From positions 13,897 through 77,896 of the forward strand of contig JAJZTQ010000005.1 of the NCBI GenBank assembly GCA_021848825.1: a stretch of 64,000 nucleotides of DNA. The letters run 5' to 3'. The notes under the pieces are model-generated. The model did no database searches. It saw only the letters and a program-made list of their open reading frames with translations, and was not told the origin of the DNA. The position numbers were made by a program, and so were the translations under genes. Shown here in pieces: positions 56,160 to 64,000 of this stretch (the stretch's first letter is position 1; the number at the start of each line of letters is the position of its first letter). Origin of the DNA: Pseudomonadota bacterium (GTDB lineage: Bacteria; Pseudomonadota; Gammaproteobacteria; Burkholderiales; JABEVD01).

Positions 56160-56682
56160 AGCGGATGAGATTTTCAGGCAACACCGGCTTCTGTCCTTTC
56201 AGCAATGCTTCAAGCAATATCACGAAAGCTTCCGCAGGAGGGGGGCAGCCTGGAAGGAAATAATCTATTCTGACGGCCTCGAAAACGGGGCGCACTTTGT
56301 CGAGCAGCATGGGAAGCTCGGGGTCGGAGGGAATCTGCGGGTTTTCTATGCCGATGCCTTCGACATAGGCCTCCCTGAGGCATGAGTCGAGCGAAAAATG
56401 GTTCCTCATCGCAGGAATACCGCCGTTGATCGCGCATGCCCCCACTGCGACGAGGATTTCGCAGTTTTCCCTGAATTCCTTCAGGACCTTCAGGTTTTCT
56501 ACGTTGCAAAGCCCGCCTTCGATCAGCCCGATTTCGCATTTCCCCATTTTTCTAACGTCGGTGAAGGGGCTCCTGTCGAATTCGATTTTATCGGAGAAAT
56601 CCGCGAGCTTCTCGTCCATGTCGAGGAAAGACATGTGGCAGCCGAAACAGCCTGCGAGCGAACAGGTCGAAATTCTAATCAT
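56152..56682 (-). CDS. hoxY: Hydrogenase small subunit (HoxY type)
   Basis: 176 aa. 'ISTCSLAGCFGCHMSFLD' and 'GACAINGGIP', 'LPGCPP' are proximal-cluster Cys motifs of short group-3 small subunits. Confidence 0.9.
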   Translation of the reverse strand: MIRISTCSLAGCFGCHMSFLDMDEKLADFSDKIEFDRSPFTDVRKMGKCEIGLIEGGLCNVENLKVLKEFRENCEILVAVGACAINGGIPAMRNHFSLDSCLREAYVEGIGIENPQIPSDPELPMLLDKVRPVFEAVRIDYFLPGCPPPAEAFVILLEALLKGQKPVLPENLIRYD

Positions 56683-57337
56683 AAAGACGCCTTCCTATGG
56701 GGATTTCGAATCCTTTCCCCTTGACGAGTATCGCCCCGACCGGGCAGACATGGACCGCCCTGTCTTCGACTGAAATATCGGTGTCGAGAAGCTTTCCGCT
56801 TGCAGAATTGACGATGAGATGCGTCTCGATTCCGCGTCCTGAAATATCGAAGACATTTTTCCCGTCGATTTCCCTGCTTGCTCTCACGCAAAGGGCGCAA
56901 AAAATGCACCTGTCCCGATCGAGCAGGATTTCAGGGTGGGATGCGTCCATTTCGCGCTTGGGATAAAAAGGCCTGAAATGAAGATCGAGCATGCCTTCAT
57001 GATAGGCCGCTTCCTGAAGCCTGCAGCTCCCGCTCTTTTCGCAGGACGGACAATAATGGTTTCCCTCCACGAAAAGCATCCTGAGCAGCTGCATTCTGAC
57101 TTGCGAGAGCTCCATGGTTTCGCATTCGACTTCCATCCCGTCGATCGCAGGCTCCGTGCAGGCCGAGACATATCTTCCCCCTGTCTTCACAGTGCAGAGC
57201 CTGCAGTTGCCGGAAGGGCTCAACCCGGGGAGATGGCATAGACCGGGGATCGCGATGCCATTCGAGAGGGCGCAATCCATGATCGTCTGCCCCTCTTCAT
57301 ACGTCAGCATCTTCCCGTCCAGCAACAGGTTTTTCAC
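56675..57337 (-). CDS. hoxU: Diaphorase Fe-S subunit HoxU (NuoG N-terminal-like)
   Basis: GTG 57337 makes a GTGA overlap with the hoxF stop ('VKNLLLDGKMLTYEEGQTI'). Motifs: 2Fe-2S 'CHLPGLSPSGNCRLCTV...SAC', 'HYCPSCEKSGSCRLQ', 'CIFCALCVRA'. Confidence 0.88.
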   Translation of the reverse strand: MKNLLLDGKMLTYEEGQTIMDCALSNGIAIPGLCHLPGLSPSGNCRLCTVKTGGRYVSACTEPAIDGMEVECETMELSQVRMQLLRMLFVEGNHYCPSCEKSGSCRLQEAAYHEGMLDLHFRPFYPKREMDASHPEILLDRDRCIFCALCVRASREIDGKNVFDISGRGIETHLIVNSASGKLLDTDISVEDRAVHVCPVGAILVKGKGFEIPIGRRLYD

Positions 57338-58887
57338 GAAAGTCCCCAGTGCCCGGGAAACTTTTTCAGCATGTCCATGACGGCGCGGGATGCGCTTTGC
57401 CCCAGCCCGCAATGGCTGGCCTTCAGGATTCCGGCGAGGTCCGGCATTTCGGCAAGTCCATTCCCCGACTCCAGGATCTGCTCTATGATCGAGGTGCCCA
57501 CCCTGCAGGGCGTACAGAAGCCGCAGGATTCATGGGCGAAGAATTTCGAGAAATTGAGCGCCGCTTCCTTCATGTCGCGATTTTTCCCGAAAATCATGAC
57601 TGAACCGCTGGTAGGGAGATCTTCGAAACCGATTTTCCTTCCGAATTCAGAAGCATCGAGACAGGCGCCCGACGCGCCTCCCACCTGGACTGCAATCGGC
57701 TCATCGGCGCCGCAATCCGCCAGGATTTGCTCGATCGAAACGCCGAAGGGATATTCGTAGATGCCGGGCTTCGAACAATCCCCGGATACGGAAAGGAGCT
57801 TCGTCCCTCTCGATTCATCCGTCCCAAAGCGTCTGAAATCTTTCCCCCCGCCTGCCGCGATACCTGATGCGGCGCAGAATGTCTCCACATTGTCGACCAC
57901 GGTAGGCATGCCGAATAGCCCATGCGTGACGGGAAAGGGCGGCCTCACTCTGGGAATCCCCCTCTTCCCCTCGATGGACTCCAGAAGCGCCGACTCTTCT
58001 CCGCAGATATAGGCGCCTGCTCCCCAGTGGAGTTCTACGGTGAAATCTTCGGAACGTTTTTTCCGAAGCATCTTTGCGAGATGGGATTCAAGGTAACGGT
58101 ATTCGCCCCTGACATAGAGAAATCCTCTCTTCGCGCCGACGATGTTCGCGCAAAGCGCCATGCCTTCGAGCAGGTTTTCCGCGCAATGGGTGAGCAGGAC
58201 CCTGTCCTTGAATGTCCCCGGCTCACCCTCGTCCGCATTGCAGACGACATATTTTTCACCTGTCGCTTCCCTGCAGGAAGCCCATTTGAGCGCCGTGGGA
58301 AAACCGGCCCCGCCCCGCCCCCTCAAGTTCGAGTCTTTCAATTCCTGAAGGAGCGCCTGCCCTTCCAGGACTTTTCTTCGTCCGCTTTCGAACAGCCATC
58401 CGCTTTTCCTGATGTTCGATTCGACATGAAAATATTCCCGGGGCCAGGAAGAGAGCGGAACATGCCTTTTTACGAGATCGGCGATGCTGTCGATCCTGTT
58501 TTCGTCGAGTTTCGTCACGGCGATGCCGTTGACGAGCATGGCGGGGCCCTGGTCGCACATCCCCGTGCAAGAGGTTTTTGTTGCATCTGCAATGCCTTCG
58601 AGATTGCTGCAGAGCCTGGAATAAAGGGATCTGCTGCCAGCCATCCAGTCGGTGATGTTGTCGCTCATCAGCAGCACATAATCGCCCGGCTTTTCAAGGC
58701 TCAGGAAACTGTAAAACTCGATGTTCGCGAGAACCCGGGAAACGGGAAGCCCCAGCTTTCTTGCGATCCCTTCCACTGCTTCCGTCGGCACATGATTGAA
58801 GGTTTTCTGAATTTCGACAAGGATCTGGAGAGGCCTTTCCCCCAGGCGTCCGACGAGCAAATCGACTTCTTCCGAGACCGAAGACAT
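57334..58887 (-). CDS. hoxF: Diaphorase NAD(H)/FMN subunit HoxF (NuoE-like plus NuoF-like)
   Basis: 'LRGRGGAGFPTALKW', 'VCNADEGEPGTFKDR', 'ESCGFCTPCRVG'. ATG 58887 (MSSVSEE) was chosen; in-frame alternatives are at 58911 and 58950. Confidence 0.9.
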   Translation of the reverse strand: MSSVSEEVDLLVGRLGERPLQILVEIQKTFNHVPTEAVEGIARKLGLPVSRVLANIEFYSFLSLEKPGDYVLLMSDNITDWMAGSRSLYSRLCSNLEGIADATKTSCTGMCDQGPAMLVNGIAVTKLDENRIDSIADLVKRHVPLSSWPREYFHVESNIRKSGWLFESGRRKVLEGQALLQELKDSNLRGRGGAGFPTALKWASCREATGEKYVVCNADEGEPGTFKDRVLLTHCAENLLEGMALCANIVGAKRGFLYVRGEYRYLESHLAKMLRKKRSEDFTVELHWGAGAYICGEESALLESIEGKRGIPRVRPPFPVTHGLFGMPTVVDNVETFCAASGIAAGGGKDFRRFGTDESRGTKLLSVSGDCSKPGIYEYPFGVSIEQILADCGADEPIAVQVGGASGACLDASEFGRKIGFEDLPTSGSVMIFGKNRDMKEAALNFSKFFAHESCGFCTPCRVGTSIIEQILESGNGLAEMPDLAGILKASHCGLGQSASRAVMDMLKKFPGHWGLS

Positions 58888-58915
58888 CTTCCCGCCTTGA
58901 GTCAATGACATTCCG

Positions 58916-58924
58916 ATTCTAGCA
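58916..58924 (-). promoter_or_regulatory. Candidate extended -10 sigma-70 promoter element of the hox operon
   Basis: The minus strand reads TGCTAGAAT (TGn + TAGAAT), about 30 nt upstream of ATG 58887. I saw no good -35 element. Confidence 0.3.
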
Positions 58925-58989
58925 CAGCATTCCGACTCCCCGCAGCGCACCTTTTAGACAAGGAACAACAAGACCATCAGGATATATGG

Positions 58990-59268
58990 ATGATTGCGTC
59001 AATCTATCGATCGGCGCAGTTTTCTGCAAACCTTTGGCTTGCCTGAGTGGGCGGCATGCTGACTGGAATGGGAAACGGCAGCGTTTTCGGCGCAGCCTGC
59101 GGCTACGCCTTCACCCGCTTCCAGAACAGGTTCAACAAAAGAAGGGACAAGAGCATCTCGATCAGCATCGCGATAGCGATCTGGATCGGTTTCAATTTCG
59201 CATTCGCCGGCCTGGCGCTGCTTTGGCCCCCGGTTAATCGATGTTATTTTCAATCATATGCACTATAA
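58990..59268 (+). pseudogene. Small hydrophobic protein, paralog A, interrupted by an in-frame TGA at codon 19 (pseudogene, or a 73-aa product initiated at GTG 59047)
   Basis: ATG 58990 encodes 'MIASIYRSAQFSANLWLA', then TGA (59044-59046), then 'VGGMLTGMGNGSVFGAACGY...'. This is colinear with paralog B, 'MATNMLMYRSFWLTMVGGMLTGMGNGSVFGAAMMC...'. Confidence 0.4.
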
Positions 59269-59291
59269 TCAATTTGCAATTGCTATTGATT
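59267..59291. other. Imperfect palindrome between the two small paralogs
   Basis: AATCAAT-ttGCAATTGCt-ATTGATT. It overlaps the paralog A stop codon and lies ~30 nt upstream of the paralog B RBS (AAAGGAGG). Confidence 0.3.
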
Positions 59292-59323
59292 GATCTACCG
59301 GAAAGCAGTGAAAGGAGGTTCGA

Positions 59324-59605
59324 ATGGCAACCAATATGCTGATGTACCGCTCGTTCTGGCTGACTATGGTGGGCGGCATGCTGACAGGCATGGGGAACGG
59401 CAGCGTTTTCGGCGCGGCGATGATGTGTCTGGTGGGAAGAGGCTCTTTCGGAAACTGGGGAGGAATAGGCTACCTCGCCTATAACCCTTATACCTTCACG
59501 GGTTTCGTCGACTGGTGCATGATCGTTTTCGGCATTGCCTATGTCGTCATACTTGGCATTGCAATGGCCCGCCACGGCAGGCTGGAGGCCGAAGCGAAAG
59601 GCTGA
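59324..59605 (+). CDS. Small hydrophobic/Gly-rich membrane protein, paralog B (unknown function)
   Basis: 93 aa with a strong RBS (AAAGGAGG). The motif 'VGGMLTGMGNGSVFGAA' is shared with paralog A. It has a hydrophobic C-terminal helix 'WCMIVFGIAYVVILGIAMA'. Confidence 0.6.
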   Translation: MATNMLMYRSFWLTMVGGMLTGMGNGSVFGAAMMCLVGRGSFGNWGGIGYLAYNPYTFTGFVDWCMIVFGIAYVVILGIAMARHGRLEAEAKG

Positions 59606-59673
59606 AGCGGTGATGCATTCACTGCCGGCGCGAAACAGGCTAAAATGCCTGCTCCATTTCCGCTCCCCGGCAG

Positions 59674-60864
59674 ATGAAGAAATTCGCATTCCTCCTGGCG
59701 TGTTTGCTCGTCCCTCCCGCATGGGGAACGGATGATATCGCCTATGTCCTGAAAACGGGAAAAGGGGCATCCGTCCGCATCATCACCAAGCAGGCTTCCT
59801 GTCCTGAAATAAGATTCGATGGCCAAAGCAAGGCGATGCAATTGCGCGCGAAGCAGGAAAACGGCTTTCCCGATTCTGTCTGCGAAGCTGAAATCCCGGT
59901 CGGCACGAAAACCATCGTCTTCGGCAATACCCGGCTGCCGGCTCCCGTTTCTCGACCGAGACGGATCGTCGTGCTCGGCGATACGGGGTGCAGGATGAAG
60001 GGGACCATTTTCCAGGACTGCAGCGATCCGCGAAAATGGCCTTTCCAGAAGATCGCGGCAGCCGCGGCCTCGTTCAAGCCGGATCTCGTGATCCATGTCG
60101 GCGACTACCTTTATCGGGAAAGCCCCTGTCAGGGAGCCGGCTGTATGGGCAGCCCGTACGGTTACGGATTCGACTCCTGGCAGGCTGACTTCTTTTCCCC
60201 TGCGCGAGCCCTGCTCGCCTCGACGCCATGGGTATTCGTAAGGGGCAACCACGAAGCCTGCTTCAGGGCGGGAAAGGGATGGTTCAGATATCTCTTTGCG
60301 GGTGATTACCGAGCCTGTACGGACTATACGGATCCCTATTCCGTTCCCCTGTCAGACGACACGCAGCTCATCGTGTTCGATTCTGCCGCAGGCGCATCCA
60401 ACGGCCATTATCCTGCCGAGTTCGAAACCGTCGAAAAGCTCGCGAGAAACTTTCCCCACAATTTCTTCCTGAGCCACCACCCCATCCTGGGTTTCTCGGA
60501 ATGGCATGAAAAACTCTATCCGGGGAACAGGGCGCTGCAGTCGGCCATGAAGCATTTCCCGGAAGAGACGGATGCGGCCTTCCATGGCCATGTCCACCTT
60601 TACGAGGCGCTCGATTTCAAGAGCGACTATCCGGTCACGTTCGTCAACGGAAACTCCGGAACCGAGCCTGACGAAGCCTTGCCGCAGAAGCTGCCAGAAG
60701 GCGCAGAACCTTTCCCGGATGCGATCGTCAAGCGCTTCTATTCCACTGCCGATTTCGGATTCATGACGCTGGAGAAAAGGGCTGACGGCTGGCTCGTCAC
60801 CGAACGCGACATCGAAGGGAAAGCCGTCTTCTCCTGCGTGCTGAAAGGGAGGCAATGCCTTTGA
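59674..60864 (+). CDS. Secreted calcineurin-like metallophosphoesterase
   Basis: 396 aa. Signal peptide 'MKKFAFLLACLLVPPAWG'. Motifs 'VVLGDTG', 'HVGDYLYRE', 'VRGNHE', 'SHHP', 'HGHVHLYE'. Confidence 0.8.
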   Translation: MKKFAFLLACLLVPPAWGTDDIAYVLKTGKGASVRIITKQASCPEIRFDGQSKAMQLRAKQENGFPDSVCEAEIPVGTKTIVFGNTRLPAPVSRPRRIVVLGDTGCRMKGTIFQDCSDPRKWPFQKIAAAAASFKPDLVIHVGDYLYRESPCQGAGCMGSPYGYGFDSWQADFFSPARALLASTPWVFVRGNHEACFRAGKGWFRYLFAGDYRACTDYTDPYSVPLSDDTQLIVFDSAAGASNGHYPAEFETVEKLARNFPHNFFLSHHPILGFSEWHEKLYPGNRALQSAMKHFPEETDAAFHGHVHLYEALDFKSDYPVTFVNGNSGTEPDEALPQKLPEGAEPFPDAIVKRFYSTADFGFMTLEKRADGWLVTERDIEGKAVFSCVLKGRQCL

Positions 60865-61490
60865 AACTCGATCCTCATGACCTCGAGAACATTTCCTCGG
60901 GAACACTCTCGCATTACGCTACCCGCGCCGAGGATTTCTTCAAGGGAACGAAGGACCACGACGTCAGCCAGAATATCGACGCGCTCCTCCGACATATCGA
61001 GGCCCCCCCTCCCTTCTCGATACTCGATTTCGGCTGCGGACCTGGGCGCGATCTCAAGGTCTTCTCGAAAATGGGGCATCTTGCAACCGGGTTGGACGGC
61101 TGCGGAAAATTCGCCGAGATGGCGAGAAGCTACAGCGGCTGCGAAGTGCTCAATCAGGATTTCCTCAATCTCGACCTGCCGCAAGCCTGTTTCGACGGCA
61201 TTTTCGCCAATGCTTCGCTTTTCCATGTCCCGATGCAGGAGATTCCCCGCGTGCTGAAAACGCTCCACGCCTCGCTCAAGCATCGAGGCGTGCTTTTCAG
61301 CTCGAACCCGAGGGGACGGAACGAGGAAGGATGGAAGAACGGACGATACGGCAGCTATCACGACCTGGAAGCCTGGCGCTGCCTCATGAATGACGCAGGA
61401 TTCCAGGAACTCGAACATTATTACCGCCCCGCCAACCTCCCCAGGGAGCAGCAGCCCTGGCTTGCAAGCGTGTGGCGAAAACTTTCATAG
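60855..61490 (+). CDS. Class I SAM-dependent methyltransferase
   Basis: 211 aa. Motif I '[11 protein letters not shown]'; '[13 protein letters not shown]'. 10-nt overlap with the phosphoesterase gene. Confidence 0.8.
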   Translation: MPLKLDPHDLENISSGTLSHYATRAEDFFKGTKDHDVSQNIDALLRHIEAPPPFSILDFGCGPGRDLKVFSKMGHLATGLDGCGKFAEMARSYSGCEVLNQDFLNLDLPQACFDGIFANASLFHVPMQEIPRVLKTLHASLKHRGVLFSSNPRGRNEEGWKNGRYGSYHDLEAWRCLMNDAGFQELEHYYRPANLPREQQPWLASVWRKLS

Positions 61491-61494
61491 GACC

Positions 61495-62562
61495 ATGAGC
61501 AGATACTGGAGCAATTTGGTAAAAGGACTCACCCCCTACGTGCCGGGCGAGCAGCCGAAGATTGAAAACCTGATCAAGCTGAACACCAACGAGAATCCCT
61601 ATCCGCCTTCTCCCAGGGTGCTGGAAGCCATCCGAAAGGAAGCGAATTCCGGATTGAGGCTTTACCCGGATCCGGACGCAGGCCGCCTCAGGCAGGCGAT
61701 AGCCGATTTTCACAAGATCGATGCATCCCATGTTTTCGTCGGCAACGGCTCTGACGAAGTGCTCGCCCATGTCTTCAATGCGCTCCTGAAGCACGATGCG
61801 CCTGTCCTTTTTCCCGATGTGACCTACAGTTTCTATCCTGTCTATTGCAGGCTCTACGATATCCATTACGAGACGATTCCGCTGGATCAGGATTTCAGGA
61901 TAAGGACGGCGGATTATCGGAAACCCAACGGCGGCATCATCTTCCCCAACCCCAATGCGCCGACCGGCTGCCTGCTCGGGCTCGATGAGATCGAAGCACT
62001 TGCATCCTGCAGCCAGGATTCGGTTCTGGTCGTCGACGAAGCCTATGTCGATTTCGGCGGAAAATCCGCCATTCCCCTCACCAGGGATTATCCGAACCTG
62101 CTCGTGATCCAGACGCTTTCCAAGTCGCGCTCGCTGGCCGGATTGAGGGTCGGATTCGCTGCTGGAAATGCCGATCTGATAGAAGGGCTCGAACGCGTGA
62201 AGAACAGCTTCAATTCGTATCCGCTCGGGCGCCTTGCAATTTCCGGCGCCGTCGCCGCATTCGAGGACAGGGAATATTTCGAGAGCACCTGCAAGGCAGT
62301 GATGAAGACCCGGGAAGGACTGAAGGCGGGGCTCGAAAAGCTCGGGTTTTCAGTCCTTCCATCGAGCGCGAATTTCGTTTTCGCCTCTCACCCGGATCAT
62401 GATGCCGCGCTTCTTGCAGCAAGGCTGAGAGAAAAAAGGATCATCGTGCGCCATTTCAGGCTGCCCAGGATAGATCAGCATCTCCGAATCACGGTCGGCA
62501 CAGACGAACAATGCCAGGCATTGCTCGATGGCCTTGGAGAAATTTCAGGATCCACCCGATGA
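61495..62562 (+). CDS. hisC: Histidinol-phosphate aminotransferase (class II PLP aminotransferase)
   Basis: ATG 61495 ([22 protein letters not shown]); the ORF opens at 61390. '[13 protein letters not shown]', 'YPDP', '[16 protein letters not shown]' (PLP lysine). Confidence 0.85.
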   Translation: MSRYWSNLVKGLTPYVPGEQPKIENLIKLNTNENPYPPSPRVLEAIRKEANSGLRLYPDPDAGRLRQAIADFHKIDASHVFVGNGSDEVLAHVFNALLKHDAPVLFPDVTYSFYPVYCRLYDIHYETIPLDQDFRIRTADYRKPNGGIIFPNPNAPTGCLLGLDEIEALASCSQDSVLVVDEAYVDFGGKSAIPLTRDYPNLLVIQTLSKSRSLAGLRVGFAAGNADLIEGLERVKNSFNSYPLGRLAISGAVAAFEDREYFESTCKAVMKTREGLKAGLEKLGFSVLPSSANFVFASHPDHDAALLAARLREKRIIVRHFRLPRIDQHLRITVGTDEQCQALLDGLGEISGSTR

Positions 62563-62598
62563 CTATAATCTGAGTTCGAAGGCAACAACACCCGAAGA

Positions 62599-64000
62599 AT
62601 GAGCCAATTCAATCTTTCGGAATGGGCGCTCAGGCAGAAGACGCTTGTGCTCTATTTCCTCATCGCCATCCTGGCTTCCGGCCTTTATGCCTATCTCCAG
62701 CTTCCACAGAAGGAAGACCCCGATTTCACCTTCAAGGACATGACCATAGAACTACGCTGGCCGGGCGCCACCGCTCAGGAGATGGCGCAGCAGATCACGG
62801 ACAGGATAGAGAAAAAGCTCCAGGAAACGCCCTGGCTGGGCAACATGGGAAGTTATTCCAAGCCGGGAGAAGCGGTGATCTTCCTCACGCTCAAGGATTC
62901 CATTCCGAGATCGGAACTGAGGCCAGCCTGGGACACGGTGCGCAGGGAGCTGTCCGACTTGCGCCCTCAACTGCCAAAAGGGATGAAGGACCCCGTCATC
63001 GACGATCGATTCGGCGAGACATTCGGCCTGATCTATGCCTTCACTTCGAAAACCCTTGGCAATGCAGAACTCGCGAAAGAAGCGGAAATGGCGAGGCAAT
63101 CCCTGCTCGGCCTCGCGCATGTCGGGAAGATCAGCCTGGTCGGGGTAAGGGAAGAGAAAATCTATATCGATTTCTCCAATGACAAGCTTGCAGAACTCGG
63201 CATAGACCCCTTGAGGCTGGCATCGCGCCTCGAAGCGCGAAACGCCATGATGCCTGCGGGAAAGATCGTCACCGACTTCAACACGGTGCGGATGCGGGTC
63301 AGCGGGGATTTCGATTCCCTCCAGTCGATCGAGGACATCACGATTCAGGACAAGGGAAAGGCCTACAGGCTCGGCGAAATCGGTCATGTCTACAGGGGCT
63401 ACGCCGATCCGCCCGAATTCATGATGCGCTTCGACGGCCAGGATGCAGTCGGACTTGCGATTTCGATTTCCGGCAATGTCATCGATGCAGGCGGCGAAGT
63501 CGACCGGATCATGGGAAGACTCAAGTCCCGGCTGCCCAAAGGCATCGAGCTCCATCGGGTGGCAAACCAGCCGGAAGTGGTCGAAAAATCGATAGGGCAA
63601 TTCACCCGGTCGCTCCTGGAGGCGCTCGTCATCGTGCTTGCCGTGAGCTTCTTCAGCCTGAAAAGCAGGGCGGGACTGGTCGTTGCCTTTTCCATTCCTG
63701 TCGTGCTCGCCGGCACTTTCGTGCTGATGAAGGTTTTCGGCATCGATCTGCAGCGCGTCTCCCTCGGCGCGCTGATCATCGCGCTCGGACTGCTGGTGGA
63801 CGACGCCATGATCGCGGTGGAGATGATGAAGGTGAAAATAGAGGAAGGCTGGAGCAGGGCAAGAGCCGCCACTTTCGCCTACAAGAGCACGGCCTTTCCG
63901 ATGCTGACAGGCACATTGATCACTGCCGCGGCTTTCCTGCCTGTCGGCCTCGCCAAATCCTCGGCAGGAGAATACACCTTTTCCCTTTGCCTCGTGGTCA
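62599..64000 (+). CDS. RND-family efflux permease (AcrB/CzcA-like), 5' part; continues beyond the window
   Basis: This frame is not in the supplied ORF track because it has no stop from ATG 62599 to nt 64000. My own translation begins 'MSQFNLSEWALRQKTLVLYFLIAILASGLYAYLQLPQKEDPDFTF...' and contains 'SLGALIIALGLLVDDAMIAVEMM', which is typical of RND TM4. Confidence 0.8.
   Translation, partial: MSQFNLSEWALRQKTLVLYFLIAILASGLYAYLQLPQKEDPDFTFKDMTIELRWPGATAQEMAQQITDRIEKKLQETPWLGNMGSYSKPGEAVIFLTLKDSIPRSELRPAWDTVRRELSDLRPQLPKGMKDPVIDDRFGETFGLIYAFTSKTLGNAELAKEAEMARQSLLGLAHVGKISLVGVREEKIYIDFSNDKLAELGIDPLRLASRLEARNAMMPAGKIVTDFNTVRMRVSGDFDSLQSIEDITIQDKGKAYRLGEIGHVYRGYADPPEFMMRFDGQDAVGLAISISGNVIDAGGEVDRIMGRLKSRLPKGIELHRVANQPEVVEKSIGQFTRSLLEALVIVLAVSFFSLKSRAGLVVAFSIPVVLAGTFVLMKVFGIDLQRVSLGALIIALGLLVDDAMIAVEMMKVKIEEGWSRARAATFAYKSTAFPMLTGTLITAAAFLPVGLAKSSAGEYTFSLCLVV

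Noticed and set aside
58300-58887. The HoxF N-terminal NuoE-like domain lacks the first Cys pair of the 2Fe-2S motif ('LLMSDNITDWMAG...SCTGMCDQGPA').
   Set aside because: As far as I recall, soluble NAD-reducing hydrogenase HoxF proteins (Ralstonia type) also have a degenerate NuoE-like domain. This is probably a family trait rather than a novelty. It needs alignment to confirm.
59044-59046. In-frame TGA in small paralog A read as a selenocysteine codon.
   Set aside because: I see no stem-loop resembling a bacterial SECIS immediately downstream. The paralog has Met, not Cys, at this position, and the protein has no redox motif.
58986-59237. Alternative-frame 83-aa ORF (MDDCVNLSIGAVFCKPLACLSGRHADW...) overlapping small paralog A.
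   Set aside because: Its product is Arg-rich and low in complexity after the first 20 residues. The other frame is the one conserved with paralog B.
62599-64000. An RND permease without an upstream membrane-fusion protein gene, considered as an unusual efflux system.
   Set aside because: The gene is truncated by the window end, so partner genes may lie downstream. There is not enough information to judge.

Overview
The first ~46 kb of this window are one nearly contiguous flagellar supercluster. About 18 kb of housekeeping and redox genes follow. The DNA is moderately GC-rich by eye, and gene content points to a proteobacterium.

Flagellar cluster, in order:
- A probable flagellin-glycosylation island: a TPR fragment, an RgpF-like/GT4 fusion, and a three-module glycosyltransferase.
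- fliC-flaG-fliDST, followed by a second FliK-like protein and a stand-alone FlhB C-terminal-domain protein, then ycgR.
- fliE and fleSR on the minus strand.
- fliFGHIJKLMNOPQR on the plus strand.
- flgLKJIHGFEDCB on the minus strand.
- flgA-flgMN on the plus strand.
- motBA-fliA-flhGFAB on the minus strand.

FlhF/FlhG, FleS/FleR, and the sigma-54 and sigma-28 promoter motifs point to a polar-flagellum type of regulation. The EarP/EF-P(Arg32) pair suggests a beta- or gamma-proteobacterial lineage.

The rest of the window carries queG, tsaE, an AmiC-like amidase and an orphan ParA-like ATPase. On the minus strand it carries efp-earP plus a coupled unknown membrane protein, pntAA-pntAB-pntB, and a NAD-linked [NiFe] hydrogenase operon (hoxFUYHW). 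After that come two small paralogous membrane-protein genes, a secreted metallophosphoesterase, a SAM methyltransferase, hisC, and the 5' part of an RND permease that runs off the window.

I saw no rRNA, tRNA, CRISPR array, transposase or prophage genes.

Observations most worth following up:
1. The translationally coupled FliK-like / FlhB-CC-like pair, present alongside the canonical fliK and flhB.
2. An oversized FlgK that carries a FlgE D2-like module.
3. Similar Ala/Ser/Thr-rich insertions in FlgE, FlgK and FlgL.
4. The glycosyltransferase island directly upstream of fliC.
5. An FlhG with a degenerate deviant Walker A motif.
6. A promoter pattern in which flgB and fliE have sigma-54 motifs, while fliF/fleS and flhB have none.

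All calls rest on reading the translations and DNA by eye. No database search was possible. Start codons are best guesses.
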